Below are positions 50,801-59,629 of a stretch of 64,000 nucleotides of DNA, in pieces. The notes below the pieces were generated by a model. That model was not told where the DNA came from. It searched no databases and saw nothing but the letters and a program-made list of their open reading frames with translations. Position numbers and translations under genes: made by a program. Source of the stretch: an uncultured Holophagales bacterium (lineage in GTDB: Bacteria > Acidobacteriota > Thermoanaerobaculia > Multivoradales > UBA5704); assembly GCA_963842525.1 (NCBI GenBank), contig CAWJGT010000023.1:363594-427593 (forward strand), in the 5' to 3' direction. Positions within the stretch are counted from its first letter, which is position 1; every line of letters starts with the position of its first letter.

Positions 50801-51333
50801 CCACGCCGCTCACCCTGCCGGTCTTCGCGCCGCTGCCCACCCTCCTGACGGGCACGCCGGGCAGCTCCGACGTTGTGGTGCCCAACAACGGCACCCACAC
50901 CCTCGCGCCCGGCAACTACCGCGATCTGATCGTGGGAAGAAACGCGACAGTGACCTTCACCGGCGGCGCCTACCGCTTCCGCGGGATTCAGGTCGAGCGC
51001 GACTCGAAGCTCTACTTCTCGGCGGCCAGCGAGGTCCGGATTCAGCTCAAGCTGGTCGTCCGGAACAACACCACGGTGGCGCCGGCGATCGGCTCCTCGA
51101 TCACGGCGGCGAACATCGTTTTTCACGTCAACGGGGTCAATGGCAGCGCCGGCGGTCTGGCGGCGGCGCCCAAGACCTTCGAAACCGGAACGGACTGTAT
51201 TTTCAGGGCCAACGTCTACGCCCCGAACGGCACGGCGTTGTTGCGGGACCGCACCCAGGCGACGGGTGCATTCTTCGCCAGGGACGTTCAGGTGGGAGTC
51301 AACACCCAGGTGACGCTGCAGAGCGCCTGGTAG
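47866..51333 (+). CDS. Large secreted Ig-like repeat protein, paralog 2
   Basis: Colinear with paralog 1; lacks the first LTETG unit and has three Big_9-like units; ends VTLQSAW. Confidence 0.88.
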   Translation: MLQRRWLLLLSVFFAFAGPAFGQTMSTLAVLDASGNEIDSFLVGDTVYFRVVDALANATPGVDTTQVHVFATVRTWTEYQPVYLTETGGDTGVFEGSIPTVHGIDPVQHDGVVELEPGDVLAARHDDANGETESTAEATALSDLPVSIGFVDGSTDEPVSTVYEFSSATIRVTDGAAAGQGAVSVRVSSDLRGDEEQLTLWEDIYNPGAFKGSIYVSATLSPYPPSADGFLEVTESPGPPHQLDTIRATLDTCSVAPCPTDAAAMIASSIRFLDSQEFDTPAFAVGDTMTLEVTDFTSTGMTTATLVSQSGDAETIDLLQDYAHAGVFRGSILSEEGPAVPGDGQLQVQEPDTITASRLDPLGLSSATDTAQVGAASVEFIDRFGNPTDVQFEGGWARVRVTQPSANLSPGTADTLYATLQTVRVDGTVRDSETVQLTETGPDTGIFTGQIKLSVYYILQSGDGVLTSFYTFGEEPPAADSVAAIVGTASATASFLRSRIWLVDVNGADATQYPAGGRIYVRLETEGGNADPMAQDSYFVWVQNLSNADYEYSLLPETGPDTSIFEGWFDTNLAPPGWDGFLNVQPGHTIQAVEDLGYGPDVTDQAGIIVPLQPDAVDDADALAEDGPAISIPVLANDAAAEGLTLSVSAVTQGAHGTGVINANNTLSYTPAANFHGTDSFTYTAVDSYGSVDTATVTVTVTPVADPPVAVNDSIVTNEDTAATVTVLGNDGDPDNDSLTVTSATQGAHGSAVINANGTITYTPSTNANGNDSFTYTVSDGNGGSDTATVTVNVAAVNDPPDAVNDAATTREGGAVTITVLGNDTDLEGNALSVSSAGTPTNGSAVVNGNNTITYTPGANFAGIASFTYTIGDGQGGADTATVTVTVTEALERVVVLATNSAQFQSSADVLSGDVVVNQASPGPYLNGGVELSLAGTVTMPAGWDVQADSVTVGSGTTVASHLFYNQLTNNGTVTGVQTTPLTLPVFAPLPTLLTGTPGSSDVVVPNNGTHTLAPGNYRDLIVGRNATVTFTGGAYRFRGIQVERDSKLYFSAASEVRIQLKLVVRNNTTVAPAIGSSITAANIVFHVNGVNGSAGGLAAAPKTFETGTDCIFRANVYAPNGTALLRDRTQATGAFFARDVQVGVNTQVTLQSAW

Positions 51334-51376
51334 CCCTCTCCCCCTGCCCCCTCTCCCGCGAGCGCGGGAGAGGGGG
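51334..51376. repeat. REP-like palindrome
   Basis: Near-identical to 47719-47762. Confidence 0.75.
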
Positions 51377-51381
51377 ATTTC

Positions 51382-52329
51382 TCACTTTTGAATCGATCGC
51401 AGCCAGGCGATGACCTGGGCGTCCAGGCCGAGCCCTTCCCCCAAACCGGCGTTGAGCCTTCTTGGAAAGGCGACGTGGCCTCCGGTGCGCAGCCATTCGA
51501 CCCGCAGCTTCGGCGCCTCGATGCCTTCGAGGGCCGGCCGCACGGACCCGGCGGGGACCATGGGGTCGTATTCAGAATTGATCAGAAGAGCGGGGATGCG
51601 GAGCTCTCCGAGCCGGGAGACGACGCTCGCGCGGGCATAATAATCCTTGGCGTCGGCGAAGCCGTGCCGGGGCGCGACAATATGGTCGTCCACACGCGAG
51701 AAAGGTGCGGATTTCGTCCAGCCGCTCGGCCGGGAATGGCACCGGCCGGCGGCTCGCGACGCCGGCATAGATCCGCTTGAGGTTTTTCAAAAGGTATTGC
51801 CGGTAAACCCAGAGCGACGAGGCGTCGATCGCCACCTGTGAGCGGGCCAGATCGATCGGTGAGCAGACCGCCGCGACCGCGGCCACGCGCGGATCAGCCG
51901 GCTCCGTCGCGAAACGCAGGACCACGTGCCCTCCCAGGGAATAGCCGAGCACGTAGACCCGGCGATAGCGGTGCAGCTCCGCGCTCGCCAGCGCCGCATG
52001 CACGTCGGCCGTGAACCCGGCGTGGTAATAGTCGGTCGCCCCGGGGTCGGACCCACGCAGGTTGAGCCGCAGGCAGGAGAGTCCCGCCGCTTCGGCCGCG
52101 GCGGCGCCGCGGTGCATGTAGTGGCTCTCGATATACCCTCCGAGCCCATGGACCAGGACCAGGACCTCGTCGCTGCCGGGGATCTCGTGCAGCCGGCCGG
52201 TGAGCCGCACCCGCCCGGCCTGCGGGTCTTCGACGAAGGTCTCCCAATCCCGCGATTCCGGACAGGCGAACGGCCGCCGGCATGGCGGAGCCGGGGACCG
52301 ATCGTCCAGGCGTGGGCGAAGAGGGACAT
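51382..52329 (-). CDS. Alpha/beta hydrolase, YheT-like (frameshifts near 52270 and 51700)
   Basis: HAWTI, LVHGLGG...YM, NLRG, YYHAGFTAD, nucleophile GYSLGG, YY..AS, DPMVP and GGHVAF. Confidence 0.82.
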
Positions 52330-52498
52330 GGCGAAGAATGGTACATCACCTCTCCCTCTCCCATCCCCCTTCCACCCCCCGCTGGCGGTCGGGTTGCGTT
52401 TCTATTGACGCTCACCCGAGCGGCTCCAGCGCAATAGATGGGAGAAGCCTTCCTCCGTATGCCTTTTCAGAAAGAAAAGGATCGAGGAGGAAGCCCTC

Positions 52499-54397
52499 AT
52501 GCGCCTGCGAGCCCCTGTTCTCTTACTGATCCCGCTGCTCTGCATCGCCGTCCCGCTCGCCGCCGGTGTGAACCGCTGGACCCCGATCGGACCGCCAGGC
52601 GGGTACGTCACCGTCCTCACGGCCGCTCCGTCCAAGCCGGCGACGATCTATGCGGGCCTCGAGGCCGGCGGCGTCTTCCGGAGCCTGGACCACGGACAGA
52701 CCTGGCAGCCTACGGGGCTCAGCATCAGCACCTCCGTCCACGACATCGCGGTCGACCCGCAGGCACCCCAGACGGTCTACGCGACGAGCTCCGGGGGGTT
52801 CTATACATCCGTCGACGGAGGCGCCTCATGGCGCGGGCCCTTTCCCGTCGGCGCGGGACCACCGGTCGGTATCGAGATCCACCCGCGGGACACGCGCGTC
52901 CTGTTCGCTGGCGGGTGGACCCTCTTCAAGAGCACCAACCGAGGGCGGACCTGGAAGACGGACGCCGGCTGGCCCGAGAATGTCGGGACGCTCGCCTTCG
53001 ACCCGGCCCGGCCCGCCACCGGCTACGCCGGTACGGGCAGCCTCGGAGCCTGGCGGAGCGACAACGGGGGCGCGACCTGGAAGCAGATCGCCAGCGGCCT
53101 GCCGGAAAACCTTTCGGTCCGCAAGATCGCCGTCGACCCGCGGTCGCCCGAGACCCTCTACCTGGTCACGGGCTATCCCGCGAGCATCTTCCGGAGCAGG
53201 GACCGGGGGGAAACGTGGAAGCAAAGCAGCAACGGCCTGGGCAACCGCTCCCCGTTGGACGTCGCCGTGGACCCTGCCAATTCCTGGGTCTATCTGGCCA
53301 CCTTCCAGGGTCTCCTGCGGAGCACCGACCGGGGTGCATCCTGGAAGCCCGCGGGTACAGGGCTGGGGGCTGCTGTGCCGCACGAGCTCGAGGCCACCCG
53401 CCAGCGCCTCCTGGTCGCCACCACCGACAGCGTATTCGCCAGCACCGACCGCGGCCTCTCCTTGCGGCCGTCCAACGAAAACCTGTGGGCGAGATTGATC
53501 GGGGGGCTCGCCATCGACTTTCAGCAGCCTCCCGTTCTCTACGCGAGCGACGTCTACGCCGGGGTCTTCAAGACGCGCCGGCGGGGTCCACCCTGGAGCC
53601 GCCTGCCTCTCGAAGTGGCGGACCCGGGTCTCGCCGAAAGGCTCCCCGTGGCCGTGGACCCGCGCACTCCGTCGGTCCTCTATGCGGGGGTTGAGAGCAG
53701 AGTCGCGAAGAGCACGGACGGTGGGGAGCACTGGACTTTGATGCAAGTGCTCCCCTGCCTGTCCCTGGCCTCGATCCGGATCGACACCGTCGAGCCCTCG
53801 ACCCTCTATGTCGCGGGCGTCTTCTTCACCTCAGGATGCTTCGATGAGCCCGACGCCTGCGCGAGCTACCGGAGCCTGGACGGCGGGGAGACCTTGACCT
53901 GCCTGGCAGACCAGTCGCCGCAATCTTTTTATGTCAGCGCCATCGATCCATTCACCTCGGCGATCTATTCCCTCTCCGGCGCCGATCTCTATCGCAGCAC
54001 GGACCGCGGCGACACCTGGACCCTGGTCCATGCGGGCCTGGGTGCGACCACCTTCCTGGCCGCCTCGCCGGTCACACCCGGGACGCTCTGGGCCCTGCGG
54101 CCAGGCCAGGCGGGCCGCAGCACCGATGACGGACAGACCTGGCAGCTCTACCGCGCGCGCGGCCTGGATGCGACGGGCCATTTCAGGCTGGTCCCCGACC
54201 CTGTCAATCCCTTGCGGCTCTATGCCGTATCCCACGACGTCTTCCGGAGCGACGACGGTGGCCACACCTGGGCTCCGGTCGGCCCGGGGCTCAGGGGACC
54301 GCATATTACGGACCTCGTCATCGATCCCATTCACCCGCGGATTCTTTATGCCGGCACAACCGGCCGTAGTGTGCTACGGATCGAGCAGAAGGAGTAG
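52499..54397 (+). CDS. Secreted BNR/Asp-box (YCF48-like) beta-propeller protein
   Basis: Signal peptide, NRWTPIGPPGG, many (R/K)SxDxGxTW repeats. Confidence 0.88.
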   Translation: MRLRAPVLLLIPLLCIAVPLAAGVNRWTPIGPPGGYVTVLTAAPSKPATIYAGLEAGGVFRSLDHGQTWQPTGLSISTSVHDIAVDPQAPQTVYATSSGGFYTSVDGGASWRGPFPVGAGPPVGIEIHPRDTRVLFAGGWTLFKSTNRGRTWKTDAGWPENVGTLAFDPARPATGYAGTGSLGAWRSDNGGATWKQIASGLPENLSVRKIAVDPRSPETLYLVTGYPASIFRSRDRGETWKQSSNGLGNRSPLDVAVDPANSWVYLATFQGLLRSTDRGASWKPAGTGLGAAVPHELEATRQRLLVATTDSVFASTDRGLSLRPSNENLWARLIGGLAIDFQQPPVLYASDVYAGVFKTRRRGPPWSRLPLEVADPGLAERLPVAVDPRTPSVLYAGVESRVAKSTDGGEHWTLMQVLPCLSLASIRIDTVEPSTLYVAGVFFTSGCFDEPDACASYRSLDGGETLTCLADQSPQSFYVSAIDPFTSAIYSLSGADLYRSTDRGDTWTLVHAGLGATTFLAASPVTPGTLWALRPGQAGRSTDDGQTWQLYRARGLDATGHFRLVPDPVNPLRLYAVSHDVFRSDDGGHTWAPVGPGLRGPHITDLVIDPIHPRILYAGTTGRSVLRIEQKE

Positions 54398-54445
54398 GCC
54401 GACAGGCGCTGGACTGGCCGACAGGGGAGGTAATATAGTCCTGCC

Positions 54446-55153
54446 ATGGGTCATCTGCCTCCCCACCTCGCCCAGGTCGTCGCCCAGCTCCGGGAAGGTC
54501 TGAAGAAGCTGTACGGAGACCGCTTCCGCGACCTGCTGCTCTACGGCTCGTATGCCCGGGGGGATTTCCGGGAAGACAGCGACATTGACCTGCTCCTGCT
54601 GCTCGATGGACCGGTGAACGTTTCTGAAGAAATCGTGCGTGCGAAGGACGTTTCCTGGCCGCTCTCGCTGGAGAACACCATCGTCCTGTCCATCATGCCC
54701 GCCAGCTATCAGGCCTATCAGCGAGGTGAAAGCCTGTTCCTTCGGGTCATTGGAGGCCGCCCGGGCCGCATGAGCAAAGAAGAGAAGGAGGCTTTCCTAG
54801 CGAAGGCTGCGCGATCGCTCGAGACGGCGGAGCTTCTACTACAGGAGGGTCATGCGGACTTCGCCGCCTCCAGCATCTACTACGGTGGCTTATATATTGC
54901 CCAGGTCCTGCTCGCATCTCTCGGCCTGGAGTATGGAAATCATGATCAGGTGAGCACGCAATACAGGCTCCACTTCGCCAAGACGTGCCGCCTTGACCCG
55001 TCCTTCCACACCCTTTTGGAAGAAACTTACCTTCTGCGGCAGAAGGCCGATCATGCGACGGCCACCATCGAGGCGGATGCCGTACAAGACTTGATTCGAC
55101 GTGAACAAGGATTTTTGAGGGCTGCCACCGACTACCTGGGCGTCACTGCGTGA
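54446..55153 (+). CDS. MNT nucleotidyltransferase + HEPN module (one ORF here; HEPN start ATG 54770)
   Basis: YGSYARGDFREDSDIDLL (GS-x10-DxD); second half AKAARSL..A..LL..G....A.S..YY...H...RQKADH, HEPN-like. Confidence 0.8.
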   Translation: MGHLPPHLAQVVAQLREGLKKLYGDRFRDLLLYGSYARGDFREDSDIDLLLLLDGPVNVSEEIVRAKDVSWPLSLENTIVLSIMPASYQAYQRGESLFLRVIGGRPGRMSKEEKEAFLAKAARSLETAELLLQEGHADFAASSIYYGGLYIAQVLLASLGLEYGNHDQVSTQYRLHFAKTCRLDPSFHTLLEETYLLRQKADHATATIEADAVQDLIRREQGFLRAATDYLGVTA

Positions 55154-56090
55154 GAGGTGCATTACGAAAGAGGATTGCTTGCCCCCGTCCTCTTCCTGTA
55201 GAAACAGCGAGAGAAAGGCTTACAACTCTTAGGCCGGCAGGGAGATTTCTGAAGGTCAACCGAAGTGCGAGCGGAATCCCCGGGAAGACGTTCTCTTGAC
55301 TGTTACGTTCCCTTCCAAATGCCACATCTGCATGGCCGAACTGGCTTCCCGAGCTGTCGTAAAGGTAAGTAGTACTGCTAACATACACCTTAATTGCAGC
55401 CTCCGTCAGGTTTTCGACCAGCACCTCGCAGCGCACGCTTCCCCCTGTGGGCACGCAGCTCTTCAGCGTGAAGCGAATCCCCTCCCATTCCACGGGCTTA
55501 GGCATCCCTGCGGGCGCTGGTGGTTGCCTGTCCGGCTGCGGCAAGGGCCCCATACCGCCGACACCTCGCGCCATGAGCTCCTCAATCGCCTTGGTCTTCG
55601 GGATTTCCGCCGTCGTGGCGGCAACGATGCGAGCAGTGGAAGTATCGAGCACCTTGAGCGTGAGCCGCACGGTATCGCCGAAAGGAGTGAGCGTACCGGT
55701 GACAATGGCGTCGACTCCGGCGATCTGCCCCAGCTTTTTGGCCGTGGCCGGATCGATCAGACCGGTCGCCGAAAGCTTGTTCTCCCGGACCAGGACTTTG
55801 AGATGAGTGCGGTCGACCATCTCGAGGGGCCGATCGCCGCTTGCCAAGGCAACAGATATCTCCTCGGCGAGGAACCGGCCGAGCTCGGTTGCCTCGCCTT
55901 GGAGGTCAGTGAAGTCGACCACCGCGAAGCTCCTCTTCCCTGCGGCGGCAAGCTTCTCGCTGACCGCATTCGCCGCCGCCTGGACCTCGCGTTGGTAACC
56001 GCTGGCCGGCGTCGAGCCGAGCACCAGCCAGCAAACCGAGCAGAACACCGCTGCGGTGAAAGGCAATCGCCGATGTCGTCCAAGCATCAC
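55143..56090 (-). CDS. Secreted CsgG/FlgO-like domain protein
   Basis: Signal peptide; AVVDF...LGRFLAEE...VDR..L..L..E..LS..GLID...A..LG...GVDAIVTG. Confidence 0.75.
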   Translation of the reverse strand: MMLGRHRRLPFTAAVFCSVCWLVLGSTPASGYQREVQAAANAVSEKLAAAGKRSFAVVDFTDLQGEATELGRFLAEEISVALASGDRPLEMVDRTHLKVLVRENKLSATGLIDPATAKKLGQIAGVDAIVTGTLTPFGDTVRLTLKVLDTSTARIVAATTAEIPKTKAIEELMARGVGGMGPLPQPDRQPPAPAGMPKPVEWEGIRFTLKSCVPTGGSVRCEVLVENLTEAAIKVYVSSTTYLYDSSGSQFGHADVAFGRERNSQENVFPGIPLALRLTFRNLPAGLRVVSLSLAVSTGRGRGQAILFRNAPLTQ

Positions 56091-56127
56091 AGTCTTTCCT
56101 TTCCTTCAACGCGGCACCACTGCCGCC

Positions 56128-56892
56128 CTACTTGGATGAGATGATTCGCTTCCCGTGCTGCTGGACAAGCATCTCGACGGCGCGGTCGCGAGCTGCGTCT
56201 TCCGAGAAGCCGGCTCCCGCTACGGCAACATGGCCGGTATTGGCAATCGCACCGTGCTTGTCGAAGATCTTGAAGTACAGGCGGACATCACAGGTAACGA
56301 GGTCGCTGTCGATCTGGCCCGTCGCGCGGCAGGCCCGCTCGACACGCCCGATCAGGATCCGCTCGACCGCAGCCAGCGCACCGCTGCTGGTCAAAGCGTC
56401 CGTGTCGCCATCGTACACGGCTCGCAGGAAGCCTTGCTCCCTAAAGGCCGGCTTGAAGAAGCCGGGCACGAGCCGCAGCTCCGCTGAGGAAACCCCCTGA
56501 GCCAGAGCCGCCTCCATCAACTCGACGTCCCTTGAGTCGCCGTCGAGCGCGATGGCCATCATGGGAATCGAGCCAGGCGACATCGGCTGGCGGTTGATGA
56601 GCGACTCCATCCTTGAGGCGCTGGGCTCCGGCGTCTGCCTGTTCGGCTCGCGGTCCTCGGTTGCCGCGCGTATGCTACTTTCGGGAAGAGACGTGGAAGA
56701 GCCCTCATCATCGGCTTTTTGGAGGACAGTTTCTGGAGCTTTCCTCTCGACCGCCTGGCGCGGCTCCGGGACGTTTGGCGGAGTCTTCGCGGGGCGCTGC
56801 CATCGATCGAGAATCTCGAACGTGGCTGCGATGGCACAAATCAACGTGCAGAGAGCAGTGACCACCTTCCCCACGCTAACGCCGGGCCGCAC
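56128..56892 (-). CDS. Hypothetical membrane-anchored protein
   Basis: N-terminal hydrophobic helix, low-complexity linker, globular C-terminus; co-directional with the CsgG/FlgO-like gene. Confidence 0.55.
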   Translation of the reverse strand: MRPGVSVGKVVTALCTLICAIAATFEILDRWQRPAKTPPNVPEPRQAVERKAPETVLQKADDEGSSTSLPESSIRAATEDREPNRQTPEPSASRMESLINRQPMSPGSIPMMAIALDGDSRDVELMEAALAQGVSSAELRLVPGFFKPAFREQGFLRAVYDGDTDALTSSGALAAVERILIGRVERACRATGQIDSDLVTCDVRLYFKIFDKHGAIANTGHVAVAGAGFSEDAARDRAVEMLVQQHGKRIISSK

Positions 56893-57043
56893 CTCGTCCC
56901 CTCCTTTCAGGGCTTGGCGTCGCCACCGTGCCCCTCCGTTTCGCCGTTTCTACTCGCGCAGCGCGAGCATGAGAGAGTTCGAACGGTAGTCAATTCTACT
57001 CCCTCAGCCCCGGCAAGGGGTGCGGCGAGCCGGCCCGGCCCCC

Positions 57044-57071
57044 AGATCCTTCGCTCTCGCTCAGGATGACA
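57044..57071. repeat. REP-like element (GTCATCCTGAGCGAGAGCGAAGGATCT on the minus strand)
   Basis: Short imperfect palindrome of a common REP class. Confidence 0.6.
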
Positions 57072-57149
57072 CGACGGATCTGGGTGTCCAAGACAGAACC
57101 TTGGTAGCTCGCTGGCGGTACCTTTCAACAACCAGGACGAACCGTTTTT

Positions 57150-57265
57150 CCCTGGGACCGCGGGCGTCCCGCCCGCCTTCCCTCCAGGCTCGGGCCTGCG
57201 TTGAGTTGGCGGCAACGTCGCGGTCGATGAAAGTCCGTGCGGGCGGGACGCCCGCGGTCCCAGGG
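57150..57265. repeat. REPIN-like inverted REP pair
   Basis: Perfect 27-bp inverted repeats CCCTGGGACCGCGGGCGTCCCGCCCGC (57150-57176) and its reverse complement (57239-57265). Confidence 0.85.
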
Positions 57266-57406
57266 GTCCCCCACCACGCCCGGCAGGAAACCCTCTGGCC
57301 TGAAACGCTACGCCTGCCCCTCTCTCGGTCGGGGGATGGCCGATGAGAAAGAGGACAGGTGTGAGGTTCCCCCGGCGTCGCCGGCGGACTTTCGGGACAC
57401 CCCTCT

Positions 57407-59386
57407 TCAAATGACCCGCTCATTCCCCCCATCCACCGGGATCTGCGCGCCGGTCGTGCGCGCGAACAGCGGACCGCACAGCTCGGCGGCCAGCTCGGCG
57501 ACGTGGCGGCTGGTGACCTCTTCGCCCAGGACGTTGTTCTTGCGGTAGGTCTCGACGTCCATGCCATAGGCGGCGGCGCGGGAGGCGAGGACCTCGTCGG
57601 TCCAGACGCCGGTGTCGAAGACCGCGTTGGGATGGAGGACGTTGATGCGGATGCCGTCCCTCCCCCACTCCAGCGCCGCGACCCGGGCGAGCTGCGTGAG
57701 GGCGGCCTTCGAGGCCGAATAGGCTGCGGCCCCCGGTCCGGGCGCAGGGACGTTCTTCGAGCCGATCACCACCACCCGGCCTCCTTGCGGCGCCAGCTTC
57801 AGAAACGGCTGGCACTCCCGCAACAGGACGAGGTTGGCGTCCAGGTTGATTGACAGGACCCGGCGCCACTCGTCCATGGCCAGCTCGTGGATCTGCCGGG
57901 TTGCAGGAAAGATCCCGGCGTTCAGGATCAGCATGTCGAGCCCGCCGAAGGCGTCGACGCACGCCGCCACGGCCTGCCGGAGACCCTCCTCATCGGTGAC
58001 GTCGCAGACGATCCCCAGGAAATCCTTGCGATTGTGAAGCGTTTCAATGGCCGGGTTGCGATCGAGCCCCACCACCGCCGCGCCGCGGGCGAGGAGCGAC
58101 TCGACGCAGGCCTTGCCGATCCCCGAGGCGGCGCCGGTGACCAGCGCCACCTCGCCTGCGAAGACCGGCGGCTTGCCGGCCTTGGCGAGCTTGGCCTGCT
58201 CCAGGTCCCAGTACTCCATGTCGAAGAGGTCGCGCGGCCGGCAGCGCCCGCCAGCCGCCGAGCAGCTCGGCCCGCTCGATGATGTCCATGCGTGTGCTCG
58301 TAGATCTCGGCCGCGATCGCGGCGTCGTCGCTCGCCGGCCCGCGGCCAGCAGCGCCGAGCTCGGGGTCGAGGACGACCCGCGGCGCCGGGTCGAGCATCG
58401 TCTTCGGCTGCTTGGCCTGCGGCGCGTGCTCCGCGAAGTAGCTCCCGGTAGGCCCGCGCGTAGGCTGCCACGTCGCGTCCCAGCAGCGGCAGCCGCTTGG
58501 TGCGGATGACGTGGTCCGGCGTCGCCGGCCCCTGCTGGGAGATCGACCGCCACGTCCTCCCGCCGGGCGAAGGCGAGGCTTCGCGCGTCGCGCCGCGAGG
58601 TCAGGATCATCGGGAAGCCGGCCTCGCGTGACAGATCACGGCGCAGCGCCGGCGATCTCGACCGGGTCCGGCCGCGAGACGGTCTCCGGAAGCGGCCGGC
58701 AGCTCCCAGGCGCCCTGCGCGGCCAGGTACTCCTCCGCCTGCGTGACGAGCTCGATCATCCGCTCGTAGGACTCCCGGGCCGTCGCGCCGAACGAGAAGA
58801 TGCCGTGGTTCATCAGCACCATGCCGATCGTCTCCGGGCCGGCCTGCTCCGGGAAGAGCCGGCGCACAGAGCCGGCGAGGTCGAAGCCCGGCATGACGTA
58901 GGGGATCACCACCACTTGGTCGCCGTAGATCTCGCGCACCCGCTCCTCGCCGTCGGGCGTGTTGGTGACCGTCACCACCGCGTCGGCGTGGGTGTGGTCG
59001 ACGTACTTGTACGGCAGGAGCGCGTGCAGGATGGTCTCGACCGACGGCGCCGGCGCCGACGGCGCGGGTCATGTGCGTCACCAGCTCGTTGACCATCTGC
59101 GGATCGGACAGCTCCTCCAGCGTGGCGAGGCGCAGCAGGTGGTCGCAGCCGCACCGGGGCGAAGCCCGCGGCCTCGATCGTCTCCAGGTCCCAGCCGCTG
59201 CCCTTGACGTAGAGGAGCTCCTCCTCCTCGCCGAAGAGGTTGGGCTCGCGGACCTTGACCGAGGTGTTGCCGCCGCCGTGCAGGACCAGCGTGCTGGTCG
59301 CGCCCGAGCAGGCGCGAGGTGTAGACGCGCTGCCCCAGGTCGCCCGGGTATTCGGCGGCCTCTTCGTCCGTCCAGAGACTCTTCAT
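57407..59386 (-). pseudogene. Bifunctional class II aldolase/short-chain dehydrogenase (rhamnulose-1-P aldolase/SDR type), many indels
   Basis: MKSLW...VYTSRLLG...HGGGNTS.K...PSVET.LH...HTHAD...NHG...TPDHVIRTK...EYWDLEQAKL; SDR TGAASGIG, NAG and YSASK. Confidence 0.85.
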
Positions 59387-59417
59387 GCGCCCGCACGCTA
59401 CCATGGAGCGGGGAAGA

Positions 59418-59472
59418 CCTCACCCCCTGTCCCCCTCTCCCATCGCCCCACCACCGACCGGGAGAGGGGGGA
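59418..59472. repeat. REP-like palindrome
   Basis: CCTCACCCCCTGTCCCCCTCTCCC...GGGAGAGGGGGG, same family as 3600-3656. Confidence 0.75.
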
Positions 59473-59629
59473 TCACCCGATTAGGGATCTCAGCGGTGTT
59501 CATGTGATCTCATTTTGGCCTTCCACCGGGGGAAGAGGTTCCATGTGTTGTCATTTTGGACCACTTCTCGCCAGAAAGCGTCGAGCTGTGTGACCCGCGT
59601 GTGACCCAAGTTATGCTATACTTACGCCC

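Noticed and set aside
5649-51126. Long opposite-strand or alternative-frame ORFs (e.g. 5649-7898, 10422-13505, 21021-23243, 44122-46515, 47797-51126)
   Set aside because: Shadow ORFs of real genes in a high-GC genome; no motifs and Arg/Gly/Pro-biased composition.
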